Assembly: GCA_965199865.1 (NCBI GenBank)
Contig: CBDATU010000007.1
Span: 211,548 to 275,547, forward strand
Length of the DNA stretch: 64,000 nucleotides
Direction: 5' to 3'
Origin: an uncultured Rhodobacter sp.
GTDB taxonomy: Bacteria; Pseudomonadota; Alphaproteobacteria; Rhodobacterales; Rhodobacteraceae
Made by a program: the position numbers and the translations under genes. Positions 1 through 8,568 of this stretch are shown here, piece by piece (positions within the stretch are counted from its first letter, which is position 1; every line of letters begins with the position of its first letter). The notes below the pieces were generated by a model that was not told the DNA's origin, did no database searches, and saw only the letters and a list, made by a program, of their open reading frames with translations.

Positions 1-2
1 CA

Positions 3-602
3 TTGATCGTCCAGGGCCCGGGCGTTGCGCAGCGAGAGGTTTCCGATCCGGTGTCGCTCGTGGACCTGCTGCCCACCTTCGTTGACATCGCTGCGTCAGA
101 GGGGTGCGAACGGCCTGACCCTGGAATGCCGTTTGACGGCAGGTCACTCTGGCCGCTGGCAACGGGTCAGCCAGATCCTGACCGAGAGGTTCTGGCCGAA
201 TACTGCGCCGAGATCGCAAGCCATCCGATGCTGATGATCCGGCGGGGTGAGTTCAAATACATCCATTGCGACGCGGATCCGCCCCTGCTCTACAATGTCG
301 TATCGGATCCCATGGAACGGACGAATCTGGCGGATGATCCCGGACATTCGGACCTCGCCGCCGGCTTCGCGGCCGAGGTGGCGCGTCGGTGGGACAGCCA
401 CGCCATCCGCGAGCATGTCATCACTTCGCAGAAACATCGCCACGCGGTGCATGCCGCGATGGAAACAGGTCTTCGAACGAGCTGGGACTACAGCCCTGCC
501 CGCGACGCATCGCAGGAATTCGTACGCAACACGGTGTCCTGGGACGACGTACTGCACCGGATGCAGTATCCGGCACCTGAAGCTGAGGGAGCAGACCGAT
601 GA
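3..602 (+). CDS. betC: sulfatase, C-terminal part (choline-sulfatase-like); 5' end lies outside the window
   Basis: Reading frame is open from the window edge. Sulfatase C-terminal motif LYNVVSDPMERTNLADDP is followed by a WDYSPARDASQEFVRN tail typical of choline-sulfatase C-terminal domains. The stop overlaps the next start (ATGA at 599-602). Confidence 0.55.
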   Translation: MIVQGPGVAQREVSDPVSLVDLLPTFVDIAASEGCERPDPGMPFDGRSLWPLATGQPDPDREVLAEYCAEIASHPMLMIRRGEFKYIHCDADPPLLYNVVSDPMERTNLADDPGHSDLAAGFAAEVARRWDSHAIREHVITSQKHRHAVHAAMETGLRTSWDYSPARDASQEFVRNTVSWDDVLHRMQYPAPEAEGADR

Positions 603-1384
603 CCGGACGACTGGAGGGAAAGGTGGCATTGGTAACGGGCGGCTGCGGTGGAATCGGCCGTGCGATCTGCGCCCGCCTGGAAGCCGAAGGCGCGACGGCC
701 TATGCGGGAGACCTGAGCCGAGGCGGTTCAATCGGCACGCCGTCGGAAGCGGTCCGGTTTGTCCAGCTTGACGTGACGCAGGAGATGAGCGTCCAGTCGG
801 CGATGGATCTTCTGGAGAAGGAACAGGGGCGTCTGGACATTCTCGTCAATGCGGCTGGGATCGAGATCGAGAAGACCATCGAAGAGACCAGCCTTGATGA
901 CTGGAACCGTATATTCGCCGTCAACGTCACCGGCATGTTCCTTACCTCAAAGCATGCGCTTTCTCTCCTGAGAAAGGGCGAGGCTCCAAGCGTGATCAAT
1001 TTCGGCTCCTATGACGGGTATATCGCGGATCCGGGGCTCGCCGCATACTGTGCCACCAAAGGGGCGGTACATGCTCTGACCAAGGCAATGGCGTGCGACC
1101 ACGGCCCCGAAGGCATCCGCGTCAATGCCATCTGCCCAGGTTACATCGACACACCGATGCTGCAGAGCTTTTTTGCCGGAGAAGGTTCGGGCGGTGGTGG
1201 CCGATCGATTGACGAGCTGCAGCAGGCAGTTCGCGACGTTCACCCAATCCGCCGCTACGGCACCCCGGAGGACATCGCCGGTCTGGTCACATGGCTCGCC
1301 AGCGACGAGGCGCGTTACGCCCACGGTGCCCTCTGGGTACTTGACGGTGGAATATCGGCGCAGGTGCAGCAGATGCGCCTCTGA
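599..1384 (+). CDS. SDR-family short-chain dehydrogenase/reductase
   Basis: 261 aa. Has the Rossmann motif TGGCGGIGRAI, NAAG, and the catalytic S...YCATK arrangement. Translationally coupled to the upstream gene. Confidence 0.85.
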   Translation: MTGRLEGKVALVTGGCGGIGRAICARLEAEGATAYAGDLSRGGSIGTPSEAVRFVQLDVTQEMSVQSAMDLLEKEQGRLDILVNAAGIEIEKTIEETSLDDWNRIFAVNVTGMFLTSKHALSLLRKGEAPSVINFGSYDGYIADPGLAAYCATKGAVHALTKAMACDHGPEGIRVNAICPGYIDTPMLQSFFAGEGSGGGGRSIDELQQAVRDVHPIRRYGTPEDIAGLVTWLASDEARYAHGALWVLDGGISAQVQQMRL

Positions 1385-1699
1385 CGTCGTGCGGCCCGTC
1401 CTGCTCCCGCTTCCGAACGTGAATGGATTTCCGATGCCTCTGGTGCCAATGATGCCCACGACCGACCACCGCCCAATGGCAGCGGTGACTTACGTAATTC
1501 CGATGCCAGGGAGCCAGCCTTGCCGGGGTCTTACCGCCCAATTTCGGTCGGCTCCATCATGTCCCAGACGAGGCATGTTCGGGTCCTGGATCCTTGCGGT
1601 GAGCGAATCGCCGCTCGTGACCGCGCAGTCGGATCAGCGAGCGGGGATGCCGTATCCGGCCATTGATGCAGCGGCCATGCCTGGCGGGGGGATACCGAT

Positions 1700-2440
1700 A
1701 TGAGGCTTGAGGGGAAACGGGCCTTCGTCAGCGGAGGGCGGCAGGGCATCGGGCGTGGCATCGTCGAGTCGTTTCTGGCTGAGGGAGCGGCAGTGAGCAC
1801 CTGTGGCCGAGGAAGACGGCCTCAGGACCTGCCGCCCGCCGTCGCCTGGGCCACGCTTGACGTTTCCGACGCGGCGCAGGTCGATGGGTTCGCGGAATCG
1901 GCTGGCGAACTTGATATCCTTGTGAACAATGCCGGGGTGCAGGTCGAAAAGACTGTGACCGACAGCACCGACGCTGACTGGGATCTTGTCGTCGGCACCA
2001 ATGCGCGAGGTGTGTTCAATCTCTGTCGCGCCTTCGTTCCCCGGATGTCCGAAGGCGGTGCGATCATCAACATAGGGTCGATTTCCGGATTGGCGGCTGA
2101 TCCGCAGATGGCGCTGTACAACGCCTCGAAGGCGTTCGTTCATGGCCTCACCCGGTCCATCGCCGTCGATCATGGACCCGGAATCCGCTGCAACGCGATC
2201 TGCCCCGGCTGGATTGAGACCGGAATGCTTGAGGCGGCCTTTGCCCTTGCCGACAATAGCAACGTCGCGCGAACGGATGCTCGCGCGCGCCATGCATCCG
2301 GGCGTTTCGGCACTCCGGAAGACATCGCCGCGATGGCTGTCTGGCTTGCTTCCGACGATGCCGCCTTCGCCACTGGCCAATGCTATACCGTCGACGGTGG
2401 CCTGACTGCAGCCACGCCGGTACGGCCCGGGTTCTTCTAG
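1700..2440 (+). CDS. SDR-family oxidoreductase
   Basis: 246 aa. Motifs VSGGRQGIGRGI, NNAG, and GSISG...YNASK. Confidence 0.85.
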   Translation: MRLEGKRAFVSGGRQGIGRGIVESFLAEGAAVSTCGRGRRPQDLPPAVAWATLDVSDAAQVDGFAESAGELDILVNNAGVQVEKTVTDSTDADWDLVVGTNARGVFNLCRAFVPRMSEGGAIINIGSISGLAADPQMALYNASKAFVHGLTRSIAVDHGPGIRCNAICPGWIETGMLEAAFALADNSNVARTDARARHASGRFGTPEDIAAMAVWLASDDAAFATGQCYTVDGGLTAATPVRPGFF

Positions 2441-2506
2441 CCAATCTCCGATCCCGAAAGTCGCGATGCAGAAGGTTGCCACTCAGTCCTGTCGAGAAGG
2501 CGGGTG

Positions 2507-2986
2507 TCAGGATTCCCTGCCTGACCTGGAAGCCGGATTCTCCGCAGCCCGCAGCCTCTCCTCCAGATGCGTGAGTTCTGACAGCAGCGTCCGCCGTGTC
2601 CCGACCAGCGACTTCAGCCATTCGTGCGAGGAGGGAAGCTCCACCTCGTTCCGCTCCAATGCCTGATGGAGAAGCGCCGTCGCACTGGCAGCCAATGCCC
2701 GCACTTGGCGAACCGCAGCTACCGCCGCGTCCGCGTAAACGGGATCACCGATCGCTGCGACAAGTTCCCGTTCCAACTGCTGGATAACGACCGGAAGGCG
2801 CTGAACGGCGTGACATAGGCCGACGGCATCGGTGGAATCGTATGTGGCTACATGGTGTATCCTGGTAGAGCCGCCCATCTGACGAACACTCCTCGCCAGG
2901 TCGCGATGCCCGGCCCACTCGGCCTGATCGGCAAGCCGGTTGGCGTCATGGGTCCAGTCGGCGTCAAGACCTCGGCGACCAAGCAT
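2507..2986 (-). CDS. hypothetical protein (helical, no recognisable family)
   Basis: 159-aa ORF, the longest in this interval. Divergent from the 3245 gene across an AT-richer spacer. No motif recognised. Confidence 0.3.
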   Translation of the reverse strand: MLGRRGLDADWTHDANRLADQAEWAGHRDLARSVRQMGGSTRIHHVATYDSTDAVGLCHAVQRLPVVIQQLERELVAAIGDPVYADAAVAAVRQVRALAASATALLHQALERNEVELPSSHEWLKSLVGTRRTLLSELTHLEERLRAAENPASRSGRES

Positions 2987-3051
2987 GGCCTTGGCCAGAC
3001 GCTCGGCGGCATCAGCGGAGCTGGCCGCGAAATGGTCGGAACAGGTATCCT

Positions 3052-3222
3052 AACTTTGGGAATTATATACGAAAGTCCCATTGACCTTCCATATCTCCAT
3101 ATTTAACATTCGTGCAGTCTGTATCGGAACAGAGTAAGGCCAGTCGCCTTCACAGGATGGTCGGGGAAGCGTGAAATGTAACGGGAGTCACGTTGTGACT
3201 TTCGTATGCAATTCCCAAAGTT
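3052..3222. repeat. pair of ~26-bp inverted repeats flanking a ~120-bp AT-richer spacer
   Basis: AACTTTGGGAATTATATACGAAAGTC (3052-3077) matches the reverse complement of GACTTTCGTATGCAATTCCCAAAGTT (3197-3222) with 2 mismatches. The pair lies just upstream of the 3245 start. Confidence 0.7.
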
Positions 3223-3244
3223 TTCAAATTAGGAGGGCATATGA

Positions 3245-3805
3245 ATGTCTGCTGACGAGATGGTGGGCATCGTGGATCCGGTGCGGTCTGTGCTTGCTGA
3301 GGGTACCAGGACCGAAGCTATCCCATTTGGTGCGCTGGAGAGTCAAACCGAACTCCTGGATGCCCTTAAACTTGAAACCTTCGTCGAGGAACTCCGGCAT
3401 CGATATGACAGTCTCCACTCTATATTCGACCGGGAAAGCAATAGGCTGACAGCCACATTGGAGGCGCTGGATTCGGCCGAAACAATTGATCCAGGAGGAG
3501 AGGGTATCGAAGCGCTGGAAAAGGCGGAGGAGTATTTCCGCGCCGAGCGTGACAAACTGGCTCGCGTGCGCAACCTGCTCCTCCGCGCTGACGTTCCACA
3601 AAGCCATGACGTATGCAAGGCACTTGACCATCTGGATGGACTTCACGCAGAGTTCGTTGAGACAATACAGGAGCTTCGGTGGTTGATGCTGGTCGCTGAC
3701 GGCAAACGAGCCACCCCGACCGGGCGCGTATTTACCTCTGGTACCGCATTGGTGGAAGCTCTTGAAGACTGGGCGCCTCCACATGCGGGATTCGAGCCTG
3801 GATGA
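3245..3805 (+). CDS. hypothetical helical protein, upstream partner of a RelE/ParE-like gene (possible atypical antitoxin)
   Basis: 186 aa. GGAGG lies 6 nt before the ATG. The stop overlaps the downstream ATG (ATGA at 3802-3805). Local GC is lower than in flanking DNA. Confidence 0.5.
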   Translation: MSADEMVGIVDPVRSVLAEGTRTEAIPFGALESQTELLDALKLETFVEELRHRYDSLHSIFDRESNRLTATLEALDSAETIDPGGEGIEALEKAEEYFRAERDKLARVRNLLLRADVPQSHDVCKALDHLDGLHAEFVETIQELRWLMLVADGKRATPTGRVFTSGTALVEALEDWAPPHAGFEPG

Positions 3806-4118
3806 GTAAGTTTTCTGTACCGATTCACGAGTTTGATGAGCCAGGGCAATCCTTTAAGAAGAGCTTTCGGCGCTTCCGCCAGAGCTGAAGAAAAAACTTG
3901 CGGCAGTGATGGACGAATTGCTAGCTGGCCAGCTATTAGGAGGACGACGGTGCGAGAAGCTGGAAATAGGCGAAAATCTCTACTCAGTGCGTCTCAACCG
4001 GTCATACCGCTTCGTATTCCTCCTCTACCCCGACCGCTGTGCCGCTCTACCTGTCGCCGTTGGCCCCCACGATGAAGCATATGGGAGAACACGCAGGTGG
4101 TCCCGCCGCCAGGAATGA
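3802..4118 (+). pseudogene. RelE/ParE-family toxin, frameshifted
   Basis: Frame 1 from ATG 3802 reads MSKFSVPIHEFDEPGQSFKKSFRR and stops at 3886-3888. Frame 3 is open from 3858 and reads ..ALPPELKKKLAAVMDELLAGQ..LYSVRLNRSYRFVFLLYPD..VAVGPHDEAY. Joined, they reproduce the RelE/ParE layout. This implies a 1-nt indel between about 3865 and 3880. Confidence 0.55.
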
Positions 4119-4392
4119 TACCTGGTCTCGGTGCACACCTATCACCTCCGTCGGACGGCACCCACCGCACTTAAATTGCAGCCAGGTCGCGACATAACCC
4201 CGGATCCGGTGGTTTTCTGTCGATTTATTCGGCAGAGCCGCTTTCAACCTTTCAATACTCATATCTACCTCTGTATTTGTGATATACTGGAAGTTCCGAA
4301 GTAAGGCCGTCCGTTTCATTGACATGGCACGTCTGCCGACGCATTCGGCTTCCAAAACTGCATGCGGATACCGGTTTTTTACTGACATGCAC

Positions 4393-5790
4393 GGTCGTGT
4401 CGCGAATTTGGTGGAAATTCGAAAACGGTGTAATCTCCGGGTGAACATGGTTTCCTCCGATCAGGCGGCGAGGTCAAGGGCGACGGGCCTGGTCGGCAGG
4501 GACAGCGTCTGCCAGCCGTCAACCTTTCGCAACCGGATCTGGCCGGAGGCCAGGAGCGCCCAGAGCAGCATGGGCACGGTCTCCGCGCAGGGTAGCATCG
4601 TCTGGGTCTTTATCCGCCTCCGGAACTCGCCGTTGAGCCTCTCGATGGCGTTGGTCGTCCGCGCCGATCTCCACTGCGACGGGTCGAGCCGGGTGAACGT
4701 GAACAGCCGGTCGCCCGCCTCGTCCAGGCTGTCGGCGACGGCCCGGCACTTTTTCCTCCACTTCTTCAGGAACGCCCTGCGGCGGCGCTGGATCTCCTCA
4801 GGGGTCTCCGCGTAGATCATGTCGCGGTAGTCATTGCCGATCTCGTCATGCAGGCGCTTCGGGGCGTGGCCCAGCAGGTTGCGGTGCTTGTGGACGGTGC
4901 AGCGCTGGATGGCCAGGTCCTCGCCCCAGAGCGTGGTGAGCGCGGCCTCAAGGCCCGGCGCGCCGTCGACGATGACGAACTCCGGCCGCCTGAGGCCGCG
5001 CGCGTCGAGGTCGGCCAGGAACCCGCTCCATGCCGCGGTGCTCTCTCCGCCCATCTTTCCTATGGAAAGCAGCACCTTATGGCCGTCCCGGCGCACGCCG
5101 ACGGCGGCCAGCACGGATATTTTCGTCGCCTTTCCGTCGATCCGGGTCTTTATCACCGTGCCGTCCAGGATCAGGCGGACGATGTCCTCATCGGCCAGGC
5201 TGCGGGCGCACCAGGCGTCCCGGTCCGATCTGACCCGGCGCCAGGCCCGGCTGACCACGTCCTTGCTCACGGCCCCCCTGAACAGCGCGAAAAGCGCCCG
5301 CTTCACCCGGCGCGTGTTCGTGCCGGAAAGGTAGACGGACGTGATCAGGGCCTCGGCCTTTTTCGTCATGCGCTGGTAGCGCCCGAGCGCCTTCGACCGC
5401 CATTCCCTGACCTCGCCGTCCGCGTCCCGGATCCGGGCGCGGGGCACGCTGACGGTCTCCGTCCCGAACGTTCCGGTGATCCGCCGGTCGCGGTGGCCGT
5501 GACGGTAGCCTTTCACCTTCCGTCCCCGCGCCTGTAGCGGAGCCGGCCCAGGAACTCGGAGAGCTCCTCCTCGAAAACCGCCTCGATCGTGCCGCGGATG
5601 CTCGACCGGAGCCGGTCCTCGATCGGGTCGAGGCCCCCGTCGAATGTCTCTGGCGAAAGTTCGGTGCTGGATATAGTCTGTTGCATGGTGTGGTCTCCTA
5701 CTCTGGCGGCTCCGGCCGCCGGTTGGGTGGTTATGGTTCACCCGGAGATTACACCATTTTCGAATTTCCACCAAACTCGCGACACGACCG
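4393..5790 (-). mobile_element. IS256-family insertion sequence (1398 bp) with 8-bp target duplication
   Basis: Terminal inverted repeats are GGTCGTGTCGCGAATTTGGTGGAAATTCGAAAACGGTGTAATCTCCGGGTGAAC (4393...) and its near-perfect complement ending at 5790. It is flanked by direct repeats ACATGCAC at 4385-4392 and 5791-5798. Confidence 0.9.
4461..5686 (-). pseudogene. IS256-family (mutator-type) transposase, single frameshift
   Basis: ATG at 5686 gives MQQTISSTELSPETFDGGLDPIEDRLRSSIRGTIEAVFEEELSEFLGRLRYRRGDGR, then a stop at 5513-5515. The rest continues in another frame: KVKGYRHGHRDRRITGTFG...DGAPGLEAAL...TNAIERLNGEFRRRIKTQ. The 1226-nt span is not a multiple of 3. The break lies at a short A run (GGAAGG). 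Confidence 0.85.
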
Positions 5791-5899
5791 ACATGCACAG
5801 GTGGGATTCCTTTCTTAGAGTTGGATCCGTAAGTTGAGTGATCCCGCAGGATATGGAATTCTGGACTGAACCTGAATCCGGAGAGAGCCGAGCCCCGGA

Positions 5900-6651
5900 A
5901 CGGGACCACCCGGAAGCTGTATGGGCGGTCGGACGACGACCGTCAACGCGATCTGACCGACGCCGAGTGGACCATCACCGGGCCGATGCTGCCGAAGCAG
6001 GGCAAGATGGGGCGTCCTCGCGAGGTCGACATGTGGTCGGTGTTCGACGGAGTGCGGTACATCCTCACCACCGGGTGCCAGTGGCGCGTCATCCCTTGGA
6101 TATCCACCGTTCCGCACCGTCAAGAACCATTTCCGCGAGTGGCGGCGCAGCGGTTTCCCGGGCGCATCCCAGGCAGTCTTCGGAACCTCGCGCGCCAGTG
6201 TGCGGGCGTTCGCCGGAGCCGACCACCGCCTTGATCGACAGCCAGTCGGTCAGGACAACGGAGAGCGGCGGCCCCTCCAGCCACGACACCGGAAAGAGGG
6301 TGAAGGGGCGCAGGCGCCACCAGATCGTGGACGCCGGTGGTACACCGATCGTCATGATGGTGACCGCCGACGACATCCAGGACCGGAACGATGCCCCGGA
6401 CCTGATCGCGAAGCTCATGGAGACGGAGCCGACCGTGTGCAGGCCGTTCGACGACGGCGGCTACGCCGGACCGGAACCCGGAAGCGGAGGAAGTTGCGGA
6501 ACGTGACCGGGATCATCGAAAAACCGAAGGATGTCAGAGGGTGCACGGTCCTCTACCGCCGGCGGGTCGTGGAGCGGACCCTCGCCTAGATGGGCCGCCG
6601 CCTGTCGAAGGACCGTGAGCGCCACTGTGGGAACTCGCTGGGGTCCGGGGC
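5900..6651 (+). pseudogene. IS5-family (IS427-like) transposase remnant with several frameshifts and a nonsense codon, cut by the IS at 6652
   Basis: Fragments spread over three frames: DLTDAEWTITGPMLPKQGKMGRPREVDMWSVFDGVRYILTTGCQWR, then ALIDSQSVRTTESGGP..GKRVKGRRRHQIVDAGG..DDGGYAG, then KPKDVRGCTVLYRRRVVERTLA*MGRRLSKD. A TAG sits where the conserved Trp is expected. Confidence 0.75.
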
Positions 6652-6657
6652 ATGTCA

Positions 6658-8529
6658 CTATAGCACTGTTGAATCCCTGGGCGGGCCCCGGCTTCTGAAG
6701 GCCCTGTAGAATGCGGTCGCCTGGAGGAGGTATTTCATGCCTTTCCACATTTTCTGCGTTCCCGGCAGGGGCTGGCGTTTCGAGGGGATGAAGCCGACGT
6801 AGCGGCCGATGTCGATGGCGGCCTCGCGGATGGTGAAGCCGTCGAAGGGCGGTGCCCGGGCGTCCCTGAAGCCGTAATCCTCCATCCCGATCCAGAGGGC
6901 GGTGAGCTCGTCCTCGTCCAGGAAATCGAGGGCGGGCCGGTCGGGTTCGGCCTTCGCGGCGCGCTGGATGTCGAACACGCGCCATGCGGTGACGGCGTCG
7001 AAGGCGAGGCACCTGCGCAGGTCGTCCGCTTCGTCGAGCTGGCGGTCCTCGATGCGGGTGCACTGTTTCAGCGTCTTGAAATATTCCTCGATGGTCCATC
7101 TTCTTTCGTACCGCCTGACGGTGTCGATGGCGCCCTGGAGGTCGGGCTTCGCGTCGCTGGACAGCAGCAGCCATGACAGCCGCCGGCCGCCCTTCGGCGG
7201 CGTGGTGGTCTCGCTGGCGAGCACCGCGGTGACCGGCAGGGTCTGGCGGCTCCGTCCGGGGGCCTTCAGCTCGACGCGTGCGACGCGGATCTCCGTCTCC
7301 GCGGTCCGCGCCGGGCGGGCCCTCACGGCCTTCCGCCCACGCGACCCGGTGATCCCGCCGCGCGCCGCGACGTGGACGGTGCGCGTCCCGGCGGCGGGCA
7401 GCCCGGAGACGTGCTCCATGAGGTCCACCACCTCACCGCCGGCGATGACGGAGCGGCGGGTCGAGGCGCTGGAACGCACCAGCAGCCCGGCCGCGGCGGG
7501 GTCCTCCGCCTGGGCCTCGAACATGTCCCATATGTCGCCCTCGCGGTCGCAGACGGTGACCATCCGGGTTCCAGGGCTGGTCCTCCCGACCTCCTGCGCC
7601 AGGGCCAGGCTCTCCAGCCAGCGGCGGCTCTCGCTGCCACCGTCGGGCGTCTCCGTCTCCGCCGCCCTGTCCGGTTCCGTCTCCGCCCGCCCCGTGCCTC
7701 CGCGCCTGCGGTCGGCCTTCACGGTGACGCCCTCCCGGAAGCTGGCGTCGATGGCCAGCACCCCGAGGCCGCGGCCGGAGGCCGACACCGCCAGCGTCAC
7801 GTGCGCCGGGATGCCGACGCTGCCCGATCCGCCGCCGCCGAGCTTCGCCAGACCGCCCGTGGAGCCCTTCAGGCCGGAAAAGTCCAGCATCGTGGTGTCC
7901 TGGATGGCCAGGACCTCCGTCTCGGCCCGGCAGCGCTGGAGCGTGGCCATGCGGTGGCTCTCGATGATGTCGTCCATGCTCACCCTGGGGTTGGAAAGCA
8001 GCCTGTAGGCCGCACCCTGATCCTTTTTTCCGGCGAAGACAACGGCGACCGGCTCACCGGGCCGGGTCTCCCAGGCCCTCCCCATGGCCAGGATCCGGCT
8101 GCGCACCCGTCCGTCGGGATGGCCGCACAGCCCGAACTCCAGGTCCGCCCAGTCGGCGTCCTCCGGGATCGCCGGGGCAGGGCCCAGCCAGCGCGGCGTC
8201 TCCGGCCCGCGGCACATGCGGTCGCGCCAGTCCGGATCCAGCGGCCTCATCCAGACGCCGCAGGCCTCCGCTCCCTCCCGGCGGTGGCCGGGCGGATGGC
8301 CGGAGGTGGTCCCGGCGAACTCCCATCCGGCCGCCGCGTAGGCCGTGCCCGGGCGCTCCGCGCCGACATAGGTGAAGGCCATCGCCGGACGGACGCCGTG
8401 CAGCCTCTCCCAGTCATCGGGAAGCCGCCTTGCCGCCAGCCCCAGAACGTGGCTGGCCAGGTGCGGGACCTCCACGCCTGGCAGGATCAGGAACCTGGAG
8501 TTCTGCACCAGCAGCCCCAGCTTCGCCAT
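6658..8529 (-). pseudogene. C-terminal 623 codons of the ISa transposase (rest of the DUF4338-like domain plus the Tn5-like DDE core), separated from its N-terminus by ISb
   Basis: DDE landmarks are AIQDTTMLDF, VTVCDREGDIWDMF and YERRWTIEEYFKTLKQCTRIED. The reading frame resumes where the 10900-11376 fragment stops. Confidence 0.8.
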
Positions 8530-8568
8530 CCGCTCCCGGCCGCTCCAGCCGATGTAGGCGTCCCGGGC

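Noticed and set aside
4119-4330. Minus-strand ORF with ..ENHRIRGYVATWLQFKCGGCRPTEVIGVHRDQ.., possibly a tyrosine-recombinase C-terminal remnant.
   Set aside because: The match to the HxxR...ATWL...GH box is short and imperfect. The ORF overlaps the RelE-like gene end and runs into the IS256 repeat. I left it unannotated.
4461-5909. 482-aa version of the IS256 transposase ORF.
   Set aside because: Its first ~130 codons run through the IS inverted repeat into flanking DNA, in a frame that does not encode the conserved N-terminus. The true N-terminus starts at 5686 in another frame, so the gene is frameshifted.
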